A stretch of 64,000 bases of DNA from Nannocystis bainbridge (GCF_028368995.1 NZ_JAQNDL010000001.1:2336001-2400000); one strand, 5' to 3'; numbered from the stretch's first letter, positions 1-16,460 are shown. Numbers and translations: made by a program. Notes: a model not told the origin generated them from the sequence alone.

Positions 1-1167
1 GGAAGTACATCACCGGCAGCGACAGGAAGATCGACAGCGGGATCGAGGCGGCGATCAGCAGCGTCAGGCGGACCCGGCGCAGGAAGAACAGCAGGACCAC
101 GATCGCCAGCGCCCCGCCCTGCAGGCCCGAGCTGGTGACCTGGTTGAGCGAGTAGCGGATCGCGTCGCCCTGCATGAAGAAGTCCTTGACGGCGAAGCCC
201 GTCAGCGCCGGCTCGTGCACCGCCGCCTCGACGGCGACGCGGATCTTGTCGCAGACCTCGACGGTGTTGGCCTGCGACTCCTTGAGCACGAACAGCACCA
301 TCGACGGGCGCCCGTTGAAGCGGTCGATGCGGTCGCTCTCGGGGTAGTCGTAGACGACGTCGGCGATGTCCTTGAGCCGCAGGCTCTTCTGGCCGACGAT
401 CGTGTCCTCGAGCTGCTGGACGGTCTGGTAGGTGGCGAGCGAGCGGACGACGAAGCGCCCGTCCGGATCGCGGATCTCGCCGCTGGCGAGGTTGAAGTTG
501 GCCTGCGACAGCTTCTGCGCCAGCGAGAAGATGTTGACCCCGGCGGCCTCGGCGAGCGGCCGGTTGAGCTCGATGCGGATCTCGCGATCCTCTTTGCCCC
601 AAAGGTTGACGAGGGCGACGCCGTCGATGCGCTCGATGGCGCGGACCAGGTGCTTCTGCACCTTGTCGCGCGGCAGCTCGATCGACTCGTCCCAGGTCAC
701 GCTGTAGAACGCGACCGGGATGCCCGCGCCCGACTGCTTTTGGATCCGCACCCGCTGGACGTCGGTCGGCAGCTCCGGCCGCGCGCGCGCGACCCGGTCG
801 CGGACCTCGCGGTAGGCGACGTCCATGTCGGTGTCGCCCTCGAACACCAGCGTCACGCTGGCGCGGTCGGCCCGCGAGGTGGCGCTGATCTCCTCGAGCC
901 CCGGCGTGGTCGCCAGCGACTGCTCGAGCGGCCGGGTGATCCGGTCCTCGATGTCCTGCGCGGTCGCGTTCGGGTACGGCACCTCGATCATCAAGAACGG
1001 CGCCGAGAAGCCCGACGGGATCAGCTCGAGCGGGATGCCGAAGAACGCGACGACCCCGATCACGACCGCGCTGAGCAGCGCCATCAGCATCGTCACCGGC
1101 CGCACCAGCGACAGGTGGACCATGCCGTTGTCGCGCAGCTCGGACCCCGGGACCGACGACGGCGCGC

Positions 1168-1171
<4 letters not shown>
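1..1171 (-). CDS. RND efflux transporter permease subunit (AcrB/AcrD/AcrF family), runs off the left edge
   Basis: Manual translation from ATG at 1171 (ATGA overlap with the upstream stop): MSAPSS...SLVRPVTMLMALLSAVVIGVVAFFGIPLELIP...YPNATAQDIEDRITRPLEQ...LVFEGDTDMDVAYREVRDRV, a typical AcrB N-terminus. Absent from the ORF track because it is truncated. Confidence 0.9.
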
Positions 1172-4779
<3,608 letters not shown>

Positions 4780-4782
4780 GGC

Positions 4783-6000
4783 TCAGCCCTCCTTGGCGGC
4801 AGTCTTCGGGGCGTCGGCCGCGGCCTCGGCGGGCTTGTCGTCGCCCGCGGGCTTGGCCTCCGCGGGCTTGTCGGCGGGCTTGTCGGCGGGCTTGGCCTCG
4901 CCTTCGGGGCGGCCTTGCATGTCGACGCGGGCGATCTTCGCCCCGTCCTTGAGGCCCGTCTGTCCGGCCACGATCACCGCCTCGCCGGGCCCGAGGCCCT
5001 TGAGGATCTCGACCCGCTCGGCGTCCTGCAGCCCGAGCTCGACGCGCACGCGGCGGGCCTGCTCGCCCTCGGGCACGAACACGTAGGTCTGCTCCTCGTC
5101 GTGGACGATCGCGCCCTTCGGCACCAGCGCGACGTCCTCGCGGTGGTCGACCGTCAGCGTGACCTCGGCGTACATGCCCGGGAGGAAGCCCTGGGCGCCG
5201 GCCAGCTCTTGCGGCAGCGCGACCGTCATTTTCACGGTGCCGGTGCCGGCGTCGACCGTCGGCGAGATCCGCAGGACCTTGCCGACGCCCTTGCGGCCCT
5301 TCGCCGCCTTGCCGAGCACCAGCGCCTCCTGCCCGACCTTGACGCGGTCGAGCTCCTTCTCCGGCACGAACACGCGGGCCACCAGCGTGTTGAAGTCGGT
5401 CACCTGCAGCAGTTCGGCGCCGTTGGTGACGAAGCCGCCCTCGGTCACCTTGCGCACGGTGACCGTGCCCGAGAACGGCGCCGTCACCTTGGTGTTCTTC
5501 ATCTCGCGGGTGCGGTCGCGCAGGTCGAGCTCGGCGATGTCGAGCTGGTTGCGGGCCTTCTGGAACTCTTCGTGGCCGAGCACGCGCTCGTTGTAGAGCT
5601 GCTCGATGCGCTGGAAGTCGGTCTGCGCCTTGGCCAGCGAGGTGTTGGCGCGCAGCAGCGAGTTGGCCTGGGCGTCGAAGCGGATCCTCGCCAGCACCTG
5701 GCCTTCCTTGACCTTGTCGCCCTCCTCGACCGTGAGGTCGACGAGCCGGCCGACCGACTCGGAGTGGACGGTGACCTGGCGTTCGGCCTCGATCGTGCTG
5801 GCGGCCGAGATCGTCGCCGTGATCGCGCCGCGCTCGACGGTGCCGACGACCACCGGGCTCGGTTGCTCGACCACTTCTGCGTCCGCGGCCTTCTTTTCGA
5901 CCCCGCCGGCGCTGGCCTGGCAACCGAGCGCGAGCGCGAGCGAGAGCGCCAACCAATGACGCGACGGACGGATCCTCGTGGGGGCGGGCGAACTCAGCAT
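4783..6000 (-). CDS. RND efflux periplasmic adaptor (membrane fusion lipoprotein)
   Basis: Lipobox LALGC; VEEGDKVKEGQVLA and APFSGTV lipoyl halves; ISPTVDAGTGT and PGMYAEV motifs; lies upstream of two AcrB genes. Confidence 0.93.
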   Translation of the reverse strand: MLSSPAPTRIRPSRHWLALSLALALGCQASAGGVEKKAADAEVVEQPSPVVVGTVERGAITATISAASTIEAERQVTVHSESVGRLVDLTVEEGDKVKEGQVLARIRFDAQANSLLRANTSLAKAQTDFQRIEQLYNERVLGHEEFQKARNQLDIAELDLRDRTREMKNTKVTAPFSGTVTVRKVTEGGFVTNGAELLQVTDFNTLVARVFVPEKELDRVKVGQEALVLGKAAKGRKGVGKVLRISPTVDAGTGTVKMTVALPQELAGAQGFLPGMYAEVTLTVDHREDVALVPKGAIVHDEEQTYVFVPEGEQARRVRVELGLQDAERVEILKGLGPGEAVIVAGQTGLKDGAKIARVDMQGRPEGEAKPADKPADKPAEAKPAGDDKPAEAAADAPKTAAKEG

Positions 6001-6156
6001 GTCCAGGCCTTACGCCTCGCGGCATAGCACGAAAGCGAAGAGATCGCCGCGGACTCCCGCAGCGCTCTCGCGGTCGATGCATCGCGCAGCGGAGGGCTGC
6101 GACCTCCGCAGCGCGCGCCTGGTTTCATCCGCCGACGAATTCTCGCGTAGGGGCCC

Positions 6157-6975
6157 TCACGCCCCGGCAGCCAGCGCCGCGAGCACGACCTCGGCCATCT
6201 CGACGAAGCCGGCGCCCTCGCGCGCCGCGGTGATGAATTGGGGGGCTTCGGGCAGGTACGGCAGTTGCTCGGCGATGTCGGCGGTCCCCACCGTCGCGCC
6301 GAAGCGGCCGCCGACGAACAGGCCCGCGTCGTTCGGCGCGTCGCCGATCGTCACGATCGCCCGCGGGTCGAGCCCGAGCTCGGTCGCCATCTGCAGCACC
6401 GCGGCGCCCTTGTCGGGCACCGACTCGGCCAGGTGCACATGCACGTTCGACCACACGAGGTGCACGCCCATCTCGGCGGCCAGGTCGCGCAGGCGGACCA
6501 GCTCGGGCTCCTCGCGGCCGTCGCGTTCGAAGGCGATGTCGCCCAGGCGGCAGAAGTCGTCGCCGGTGAGGCGCAGGCGGGCGTCGTGCTCGGCGTTGAG
6601 GCGCTCGCCGACCTGGCGCAGGCGCGGCTTGTCGGTCGGCCTGCCGAGCCAGCGCGGCGCGCGGTCCGGGATCACCTCGAGCAGGCCGTTCTCCGCCAGT
6701 CCACGCGTGACGCCGGGCAGGTAGCGGCACAGCCCCGTGACTTCACCCGCCGGCCGGCCCGACACCGGCATGACCGCGACCCCCGCGGCGACCAGGCGGG
6801 TGATCGCCGCCAGCGCCGCCGGATCCAGCTTCCCCGCCCGGGTCAACGTTCCGTCGACGTCGGTCGCAATCAGCGCAGGCCGCACGGACGGCCTCAGGCG
6901 CGAAATCGGCGTAATTTCCGGGGCTTTACCCGATGTGCCTTCGGGGGGGGGGTGGCTCGGCAGGTGTGTGTTCAT
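6157..6975 (-). CDS. HAD-superfamily (class II, Cof-like) hydrolase
   Basis: ATDVDGTLT motif I, SGR motif II, ENG, DKG and GDAPND motif IV. Confidence 0.88.
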   Translation of the reverse strand: MNTHLPSHPPPEGTSGKAPEITPISRLRPSVRPALIATDVDGTLTRAGKLDPAALAAITRLVAAGVAVMPVSGRPAGEVTGLCRYLPGVTRGLAENGLLEVIPDRAPRWLGRPTDKPRLRQVGERLNAEHDARLRLTGDDFCRLGDIAFERDGREEPELVRLRDLAAEMGVHLVWSNVHVHLAESVPDKGAAVLQMATELGLDPRAIVTIGDAPNDAGLFVGGRFGATVGTADIAEQLPYLPEAPQFITAAREGAGFVEMAEVVLAALAAGA

Positions 6976-7045
6976 GGGACCGGCGGCTCGTTCGCGGGCC
7001 CCCTTGCTGTCTCGCGGGGCCCTCGTGATAGTTTTCGTGCGGGCT

Positions 7046-8254
<1,209 letters not shown>

Positions 8255-8442
8255 GGGCGGGGCGCTCGCCGGCCCGGTTTTTACGGTGTTCGGCGCGCCC
8301 ACGAGCCGTCCTGGCGACGCGATCTCCCGCTCGCTGGCCCGCGATCGGCTGCTCCGGCGCGGCGGCCGTCGCGCTTGCCCCGATCCTCGCGTCTGAGCCC
8401 GTTTGGCCGCCGTAGCCGGCGCGTTTCATCACGTTTTTCCCT

Positions 8443-8472
8443 TTGACACGGACGCCTCGTTTCCGCTATCTA
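8443..8472 (+). promoter_or_regulatory. putative sigma70 promoter of tRNA-Pro
   Basis: Perfect TTGACA at 8443-8448 and a weak TATCTA 18 bp later, just upstream of the tRNA. Confidence 0.5.
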
Positions 8473-8486
8473 GCCGGCCTCCTCTT

Positions 8487-8560
8487 CGGGGTGTAGCGCA
8501 GCCTGGTAGCGCACCTGGTTCGGGACCAGGGAGTCGGAGGTTCAAATCCTCTCACCCCGA
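8487..8560 (+). tRNA. tRNA-Pro (anticodon CGG)
   Basis: CGGGGTG/CACCCCG acceptor stem, D arm GCGC-AGCCTGGTA-GCGC, anticodon arm CCTGG-TTCGGGA-CCAGG, T loop TTCAAAT. CCA is not encoded (CAA follows). Confidence 0.97.
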
Positions 8561-8574
8561 CAACAAAAGTGAGC

Positions 8575-8610
8575 AGGCCCGCGGTCGCAAGACCCGGGCC
8601 TTCTTGCTTT
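8575..8610 (+). terminator. intrinsic terminator after tRNA-Pro
   Basis: AGGCCCG(C)GGTC-GCAA-GACCCGGGCCT stem with GNRA loop, followed by TCTTGCTTT. Confidence 0.7.
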
Positions 8611-8740
8611 GGTCCGCGCGACGCGAGCCTCGCCGCGAGCGCGAGGACGGTGAGCTTGCGAGCGGGCGCGCTCGAGTCTGCGGAATTCGAAGCGAGCCTT
8701 GCGGCGACCGAGCGCGACATGTCGGCGCGCTTCGATCTGC

Positions 8741-8776
8741 GACCAGTCTCTTCGAACATGTCCCGACGGACATTTG
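8741..8776. repeat. 14-bp-period motif array (3 degenerate units; isolated GACATGTC at 8716)
   Basis: GACCAGTC 8741, AACATGTC 8755, GACATTTG 8769. Confidence 0.55.
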
Positions 8777-8844
8777 ATTCCCGCGCGCCCGCGCGCCCCG
8801 CCGGCCTGTAAGAGCCCGTCGCGGCCCGGCGTTGGGGCGGCTGC

Positions 8845-10416
8845 ATGACCCGCACGCGCCTCGTCCCCCTCGCCGTCCTGCTGCTCCTCACCCCCGCCTG
8901 CGCGAAGCGGGCCGGCTACCACAGCGACGCCGCCGGGGGCTACGGCGCGACCGCGACCGCCGCCATGGAGGCGCCGAACAGCGAGAGCTACGCGCACGTC
9001 GCCGAGAACGCGTTCAAGCGGGTCGCCGACGACCCGCTCTCGACCTTCTCGATCGACGTCGACACGGCCTCTTACAGCAACGTGCGTCGCTTCCTCGAGG
9101 ACGGCCAGCTGCCGCCGGCCGACGCCGTCCGCATCGAGGAGATGATCAACTACTTCTCGTACGCCTACCCCGAGCCCGCGGGCGCGCAGCCGTTCTCGGT
9201 GCGGACCGAGGTCGCGGCCTGTCCGTGGAACGACAAGGCGCGGCTGGTGCAGATCGGGATCAAGGGCAAGTCGCTGGCGCCGGCCGAGATCCCGCCGCGC
9301 AACCTGGTGTTCCTGCTCGACGTCTCGGGCAGCATGGCGAGCCCCGACAAGCTGCCGCTGCTGCAGCGCTCGCTGACGATGCTGGTCGCCGACCTCCGCC
9401 CGGTCGACAGCGTCGGCATCGTCGTCTACGCCGGCGCCGCGGGCGTCGTGCTCGAGCCGACCTCCGACCGCGACGCGATCGTCGCTGCCATCGATCGGCT
9501 CTACGCCGGCGGCGCGACCAACGGCGGCCAGGGCATCGAGGCCGCCTACGCCTTGGCCCAGCGGTCGTTCCGCAAGGGCGGCATCAACCGCGTGATCCTG
9601 GCGACCGACGGCGACTTCAACGTCGGCGTCAGCAGCGAGGGCGCGCTGCAGCAGCTCATCGAGCGCAAGCGCGACAGCGGCATCTTCCTGTCGGTCCTCG
9701 GCTTCGGCACCGGCAACGTCAAGGACAGCACGATGGAGCTGCTGGCCGACAAGGGCAACGGCAACTACGCCTACATCGACGGCCTGCAGGAGGCGCGCAA
9801 GGTCCTGGTCGAGCAGGCCGGCGCCACCCTCGTCACGATCGCCAAGGACGTGAAGATCCAGGTCGAGTTCAACCCGCTCGCGGTCGGCGCCTACCGCCTC
9901 GTCGGCTACGAGAACCGCATGCTCGCGCACCAGGACTTCAACGACGATCGCAAGGACGCCGGCGAGATCGGTGCCGGTCACACCGTCACCGCGCTCTACG
10001 AGGTCCTGCCGCCCGGGGCCGAGGGCGCGGTGCCCGGCGTCGATCCGCTGCGCTATCAACGGCCCGCGTCGGCGGCCGCGACCGGCAGCGGCGAGCTCAT
10101 GCACGTCAAGCTGCGCTTCAAGCCGCCCGAGGGCGACGACAGCCAGCTGCTCACCATGCCGGTCGCCGACCCCGGCAGCGCCCTCGACGCGGCCTCCGAC
10201 GACCTCAGGTTCGCCGCCGCGGTCGCCATGTTCGGCATGAAGCTGCGCAACTCCGAGCACGCGAAGGCCATCTCGTACCGGCAGATCCGCGGCCTCGCCG
10301 AGGGCGCTCTCGGCCCCGATCCGCGGGGCTATCGCCGCGGCATGCTGGCCCTGCTCGGCCTCGCCGCCGGCCGCCAGGGCGAGCCGCTCGAGGCGCCTGT
10401 CGGCGTGGCCCGCTGA
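8845..10416 (+). CDS. YfbK-like vWA-domain lipoprotein (vWF_A + VWA + DUF3520-like)
   Basis: Lipobox LTPAC; STFSIDVDTASYSNVRR, RIEEMINYF, MIDAS LLDVSGSM, ATDGDFNVG, YRLVGYENR and DAGEIGAGHTVTALYE. Confidence 0.92.
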   Translation: MTRTRLVPLAVLLLLTPACAKRAGYHSDAAGGYGATATAAMEAPNSESYAHVAENAFKRVADDPLSTFSIDVDTASYSNVRRFLEDGQLPPADAVRIEEMINYFSYAYPEPAGAQPFSVRTEVAACPWNDKARLVQIGIKGKSLAPAEIPPRNLVFLLDVSGSMASPDKLPLLQRSLTMLVADLRPVDSVGIVVYAGAAGVVLEPTSDRDAIVAAIDRLYAGGATNGGQGIEAAYALAQRSFRKGGINRVILATDGDFNVGVSSEGALQQLIERKRDSGIFLSVLGFGTGNVKDSTMELLADKGNGNYAYIDGLQEARKVLVEQAGATLVTIAKDVKIQVEFNPLAVGAYRLVGYENRMLAHQDFNDDRKDAGEIGAGHTVTALYEVLPPGAEGAVPGVDPLRYQRPASAAATGSGELMHVKLRFKPPEGDDSQLLTMPVADPGSALDAASDDLRFAAAVAMFGMKLRNSEHAKAISYRQIRGLAEGALGPDPRGYRRGMLALLGLAAGRQGEPLEAPVGVAR

Positions 10417-10475
10417 GCCCGCGAGCGCCCCGCGATTTGCGGCCGCCCGCCGCCCGGCCCGGGCATACTCGCCGC

Positions 10476-12752
10476 ATGCGCCGCTCCCCGCGCGCCCTCG
10501 GCCTCGCCGCGGGCCTCCTCGCCCTCGCCGCCTGCGCCACCGGGCCGCGCGGCTACCCGACCGCCCCGACCCCGACCGGCGCCAATCAACCTGGCCCTTC
10601 GAACACGTCCCCCGGGACAGGTCCTTCGCAACCCGCCCCCAGCAACAACCACACCGGCCCCGACCCCGCGGTCGCCGTGGCTGCCGGCGGCCTCCACACC
10701 TGCGCCGTGCTGCGCTCCGGCGCGGTCGACTGCTGGGGCCGCGGCGCCAGCGGCGAGCTCGGCGACGGCAACCTGCGCGACAGCCCGCGGCCGGTGCGGG
10801 TGGTCGGCCTCGGCGAAGTCATCCAGCTCGCGCTCGGCGACCAGCACAGCTGCGCCCTCGTGCGCGGCGGCCAGGTCCAGTGCTGGGGCAGCAACGGCGC
10901 CGGTCAGCTCGGCGACGGCGCCGGCCGGCCCGGGGCCCAGAGCGCCCGCCCCACCCCCGTGCGCGGGCTCGCCGACGCCGTCGCCATCGCCGCCGGCCCG
11001 AGCCACACCTGCGCCGCCCGCAAGACCGGCCAGATCGCCTGCTGGGGCGACAACCGCCACGCCCAGGTCGGCGACCTCAGCCGCCAGGTGTGGGTCTCGC
11101 CCGCGCTGGTCCCCGCGGTCACCAACGCCGCCGAGGTCGCCGCCGGCGCGCGTCACACCTGCGCCAGAGTACAGGGCGGAAAGGTCATGTGCTGGGGGAC
11201 AGGTTCTCACGGACAGCTCGGCGATCGCGGCAGCGCCCGCGCGCCCGGCCTGGTCCCCGGGGTCGAAGGCGTGCAGGCGCTGGCGGCCGGCCAGGGCCAC
11301 ACCTGCGCGCTCAAGGCCGGCGGCGGCGCGCTGTGCTGGGGCGCCGGCTTCGGCAAGCTGCCGGTCGACATCAGCGGCGTGTCCGGGGCCGTGGCTCTGA
11401 CCGCCGGCGAGGCCCACACCTGCGCCCGCACCAGCGACGGCGCTGTCCGCTGCTGGGGCGACAACGCCAACGGCCAGCTCGGCGACGGCACCAGCGAGGA
11501 CCGCAAGGCCGGGGCCGCGGTCGTCGGCCTCACGCAGGCCGTCAGCGTCGCCGCCGGGGCCGACCACACCTGCGCCGCCCTGCGCGGCGGCGGCGTGGTC
11601 TGCTGGGGCAGCAACGGCGCCGGCGCGCTCGGCAACGGCGTCGCCGGCGAGGAGACCGAGGGCGTCGCCGTCAGCGTCCGCAACCTCACCGGCGTCAGCG
11701 AGATCGCCAGCGGCGACGACTTCTCCTGCGCCCTGTCCGGCGGCGCCGTGCAGTGCTGGGGCGCCGGCAACATGGGCCAGCTCGGCGACGGCTCGCAGGG
11801 CGACCGCGGCGGCGCCGACGACGTCACCGGCATCGAAGACGCGGTCCAGATCGCCGCCGGTCGCAACCACGCCTGCGCCCGCCGCAAGTCCGGCGCGGTC
11901 GCGTGCTGGGGTCAGAACGGCCGCGGCCAGCTCGGCGACGGCAGCAAGCAGACCCGCAGCCGCCCGGTCGCGGTCGCCGGACTGAGCGACGCGGTCGAGA
12001 TCGGCGCCGGTCGCGACCACACCTGCGCCCAGCGCAAATCGGGCCAGGTCGTGTGCTGGGGCCGCGGCGCCGAGGGCCAGGTCGCGGTCGGCAAGATCGA
12101 GGACGCCGACCGACCGACGATCGTCGCCGGGTCGTTCGGACAGGTCACGCAATTCGCGATGGGCGAGGTCCACAGCTGCGCGCTGCAGTCGAACCGGATC
12201 CCGCTGTGCTGGGGGCAGAACCGCTGGGGCCAGCTCGGCAACCTCGTCGGCGTCGGCACCCAGACCGGCCAGGCGGTGGTCCCGGTGATGAAGCTGCTGC
12301 CGGCCGAGGAGGTCACCGCCGGGGCGCTTCACACCTGCGCCCGCATCACCAACGGCGAGGTCTATTGCTGGGGTAACACCGACGACGGCCAGCTCGGCGC
12401 CGGCCTCACGATCGCCTCGGTCGCGCGCGTGCGCGTCAAGGACGTGCGCGGCACGATGGCGATCGCCGGCGGCGAGGCGCACACCTGCGCGGCGGTGGCC
12501 GGCGGCCAGATCTACTGCTGGGGTCGCGACAACGCCGGCCAGCTCGGCGACCGCGGCACGCAGCTGCAGCGGTTCCCCGTGGCCGGCCCGCGCATCGACG
12601 GCACCATCCGCCTCAGCGCCGGCTCCGAACACACCTGCGCCCTGCGCCAGAACGGCCGCGTGCTGTGCTGGGGCAGCAACCAGCGTGGCCAACTCGGCGG
12701 CGGCACCGGCAGCCAGACGACCACCCCGACCGCCGTGGTCGACATCCCGTAA
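10476..12752 (+). CDS. RCC1-repeat beta-propeller lipoprotein
   Basis: Lipobox LALAAC; about 14 repeats of AG.HTCA...V.CWG.N..GQLG.G. Start at ATG 10476. Confidence 0.92.
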   Translation: MRRSPRALGLAAGLLALAACATGPRGYPTAPTPTGANQPGPSNTSPGTGPSQPAPSNNHTGPDPAVAVAAGGLHTCAVLRSGAVDCWGRGASGELGDGNLRDSPRPVRVVGLGEVIQLALGDQHSCALVRGGQVQCWGSNGAGQLGDGAGRPGAQSARPTPVRGLADAVAIAAGPSHTCAARKTGQIACWGDNRHAQVGDLSRQVWVSPALVPAVTNAAEVAAGARHTCARVQGGKVMCWGTGSHGQLGDRGSARAPGLVPGVEGVQALAAGQGHTCALKAGGGALCWGAGFGKLPVDISGVSGAVALTAGEAHTCARTSDGAVRCWGDNANGQLGDGTSEDRKAGAAVVGLTQAVSVAAGADHTCAALRGGGVVCWGSNGAGALGNGVAGEETEGVAVSVRNLTGVSEIASGDDFSCALSGGAVQCWGAGNMGQLGDGSQGDRGGADDVTGIEDAVQIAAGRNHACARRKSGAVACWGQNGRGQLGDGSKQTRSRPVAVAGLSDAVEIGAGRDHTCAQRKSGQVVCWGRGAEGQVAVGKIEDADRPTIVAGSFGQVTQFAMGEVHSCALQSNRIPLCWGQNRWGQLGNLVGVGTQTGQAVVPVMKLLPAEEVTAGALHTCARITNGEVYCWGNTDDGQLGAGLTIASVARVRVKDVRGTMAIAGGEAHTCAAVAGGQIYCWGRDNAGQLGDRGTQLQRFPVAGPRIDGTIRLSAGSEHTCALRQNGRVLCWGSNQRGQLGGGTGSQTTTPTAVVDIP

Positions 12753-12765
12753 ATCCGATTAAATG

Positions 12766-12843
12766 GACATGTCTCGAGAGACATGTCCTTTAGGACATTC
12801 TTGATGGGACATGTCGCCATGGACATGTCTTTATCGACATGTC
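12766..12843. repeat. 14-bp-period GACATGTC array (6 units), intergenic
   Basis: Octamer starts at 12766, 12780, 12794 (GACATTCT), 12808, 12822 and 12836, with variable 6-bp spacers. Confidence 0.9.
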
Positions 12844-13107
12844 CTTCATGTCCGGAGGTCACCGCCCCTGCAGTCACGCGCCGGCGCCTCACGACGCGGG
12901 CGTGCTCATCGCTCTATGCGCCGACTCGCGCGCGGCCGCGCTCGGCGGATCACGAGCGGCGACGGAGCCACGCTCGGCGGGCTCGCCGGAGGATCACGAG
13001 CGGCTACCGACGCAGCGCCGTGAGCGGCGGAACCCACGGTGGGCGAGCGGCCTGCGGGTCGCTGCGTCGGCATGGACACGCGGCCGGCCTGCGCGCATCC
13101 TCCCGAC

Positions 13108-13854
13108 ATGCGCATCACGCTGCTTACCTTACCTGTCCTTTCGACCATCCTCGCATGCGGCCCTGAAGCCCCGGGCGACAGCGAGACCGAGCCCGGCACC
13201 ACGGGCACAGGCACCGCGGGCACCACTGACTCGGGGACGGCCTCGAGCGACTCGGTGTCGGCCACCGAGCCGCCCGCGACCACCGACGCCCTGCCGACCA
13301 CCGGCCCCGAGACCTCCACCTCCGGGCCCGTCGAGACCACCACCTCCGGGCCCGTCGAGACCTCCACCTCCGGGCCCATCGAGACCACCTCCGGTCCGGT
13401 CGAGACCACCACCTCCACCACCGTCGATCCCTCGACCACCACCACCGGCGAGACCGACGGTGCGCCCGGCTTCGAATTCGCCGTTCAGTTCTGGGCCGGC
13501 GGCCTCGATCACCTCACCCTGCGCATGGCCGCCCTCAAGGACGACTACTGCGTCGAGATCCAGTTCGCCCGCCCCGGCGGCTCCGAGTTGCCCGGCCTGA
13601 CCCTCCCGACCGACTGGTGGTACCAGGGCGCCACCGTCTCGCCGGGCGTCGTCGACTGCCTCGACTTCATGGCTTCGCTGCCGCCCGGGGCCTTCGCCGA
13701 CAGCATCGCCGGCTCCGCCGCCTGGACCACCGACTCGTTCTGCCCGTCGACGCTCGACGCGTTCGAGCTCCTGCTCGAGTTCCCGCAGGATGAGCCATGG
13801 GTGCCCGCCGATGTCCAGGTCTTCGGTGGTCCCGTCGCCGTCTCCGGCTGCTGA
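13108..13854 (+). CDS. Thr/Ser-rich lipoprotein, hypothetical
   Basis: MRITLLTLPVLSTILAC lipobox; ETSTSGPV tandem linker (about 24-bp repeats at 13309-13410); Cys-containing C-terminal domain. Confidence 0.8.
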   Translation: MRITLLTLPVLSTILACGPEAPGDSETEPGTTGTGTAGTTDSGTASSDSVSATEPPATTDALPTTGPETSTSGPVETTTSGPVETSTSGPIETTSGPVETTTSTTVDPSTTTTGETDGAPGFEFAVQFWAGGLDHLTLRMAALKDDYCVEIQFARPGGSELPGLTLPTDWWYQGATVSPGVVDCLDFMASLPPGAFADSIAGSAAWTTDSFCPSTLDAFELLLEFPQDEPWVPADVQVFGGPVAVSGC

Positions 13855-13919
13855 GCCGACGACCGCCGTTCCGCGGCCCCGCTCCCTCCGCCCTGCGGCG
13901 GGCTGATAGCATCGCCGTC

Positions 13920-15383
<1,464 letters not shown>

Positions 15384-15604
15384 CGTCGCGCTCGACGCGT
15401 CCGCGTGCCATCGCTAGCCCCGCGAAGCGCTCCGCGCCGTGATGCCTTGCGAGCCGGTGGGTGCTCGCCTCGCGCGAGACAACCACGGTCGACGCGAGTA
15501 AACGCCGCCCGTCTCCGCGTGACCACGGGCTTCCGCGCGCCACGTGCCCGCTGCGCGCGGGCCTGCGCGCTCGACACCGCTGCGCCGTCTTCTATACTGC
15601 CCGC

Positions 15605-16318
15605 ATGCGAACTTACCTTTACGTGCTCCCGTTCACCTCGATGCTCGCGGCCTGCAGCAGCGGCGGCGGCGACTGCGGCTCGAGCTTCCGCTGCGACCAG
15701 CTCCCCGAGTCGGCCACCGCCACCGAGGGCACCGGCACCGCCACCGACGACTCGACCGGCACCGCCACCGAAGACCCCACCGGCACCGGCACCAGCACCT
15801 CGGAGACCGGCACCTCCGAGCCTGGCACCACCGCCGAGACCACCTCCGAGACCGGCACCACCGCCGAGCCCGGCACCACCGCCGAGACCTCCGAGTCCGG
15901 CACCAGCGAAGGTTCCTCGACCGGCGAGACCACCGGCGGTCCGCTCGTCGAGGGCCCCGCCAGCCACGGTGAGTCGTGCGCGCCCAACGACGGGGTCGCG
16001 GTCGAGTTCAAGATCGATCTGGCCGAGCGCGCCTGCGACAGCGACTGGCCCGAGGACGTCCCGCTGTTTCGCATCGTCCTGTTCAAGTCGATCGCGGAGC
16101 TCGAGCTCGGCCCGCACCAGCTCGCCGGTGAGGGCGGCTTCGCCTGGTACGACGACGGTGACGGCACGCCGGAGAACACCGACCAGGGCAACGTCCTCAT
16201 CCAGGAGATCACCGCCGACGGCCTGCGCGGCACCTACGAGGTCACGCTGCCCGACAACACCGTGCTGAGCGGCGCGTTCGACTCGATCTACTGCCCGCAA
16301 GACATCCTGTGCGGATGA
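15605..16318 (+). CDS. Thr/Ser/Glu-rich lipoprotein, hypothetical
   Basis: MRTYLYVLPFTSMLAAC lipobox, repetitive GTTAET linker, C-terminal domain with SCAPNDG. Confidence 0.78.
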   Translation: MRTYLYVLPFTSMLAACSSGGGDCGSSFRCDQLPESATATEGTGTATDDSTGTATEDPTGTGTSTSETGTSEPGTTAETTSETGTTAEPGTTAETSESGTSEGSSTGETTGGPLVEGPASHGESCAPNDGVAVEFKIDLAERACDSDWPEDVPLFRIVLFKSIAELELGPHQLAGEGGFAWYDDGDGTPENTDQGNVLIQEITADGLRGTYEVTLPDNTVLSGAFDSIYCPQDILCG

Positions 16319-16367
16319 ACATGCTCTGAAGGACATGTGCGAACGAACATGCCCGTTCGCACATGTC
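16318..16367. repeat. 14-bp-period motif array (4 units) between convergent genes
   Basis: AACATGCT 16318, GACATGTG 16332, AACATGCC 16346, CACATGTC 16360. Confidence 0.8.
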
Positions 16368-16460
16368 CCGGAGTGGCGCACTGCGGTGCGCCACCGTCAC
16401 GGCGTGGGGGCTTCCCCGCCGAACTGGCCCCGCGCGGCTACCCGCCCGCCGACCCCGGCC

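Noticed and set aside
8487-8900. tRNA-anchored genomic island or prophage
   Set aside because: No integrase, no duplicated tRNA 3' end noticed in the window, and no compositional shift downstream.
10680-12720. RCC1 repeats as a DGR-like or recombination cassette
   Set aside because: Ordinary divergent protein repeats of a beta-propeller; no adenine-specific TR/VR pattern seen.
12766-12843. Mini-CRISPR, or p53-like RRRCATGYYY sites, as the explanation of the GACATGTC arrays
   Set aside because: An 8-bp repeat with a 6-bp spacer is far too short for CRISPR; the resemblance to the eukaryotic p53 half-site has no supporting context.
13309-13440. 24-bp tandem repeats (and similar ones at about 15820-15900) as independent repeat elements
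   Set aside because: In-frame repeats that encode Thr/Ser-rich lipoprotein linkers.
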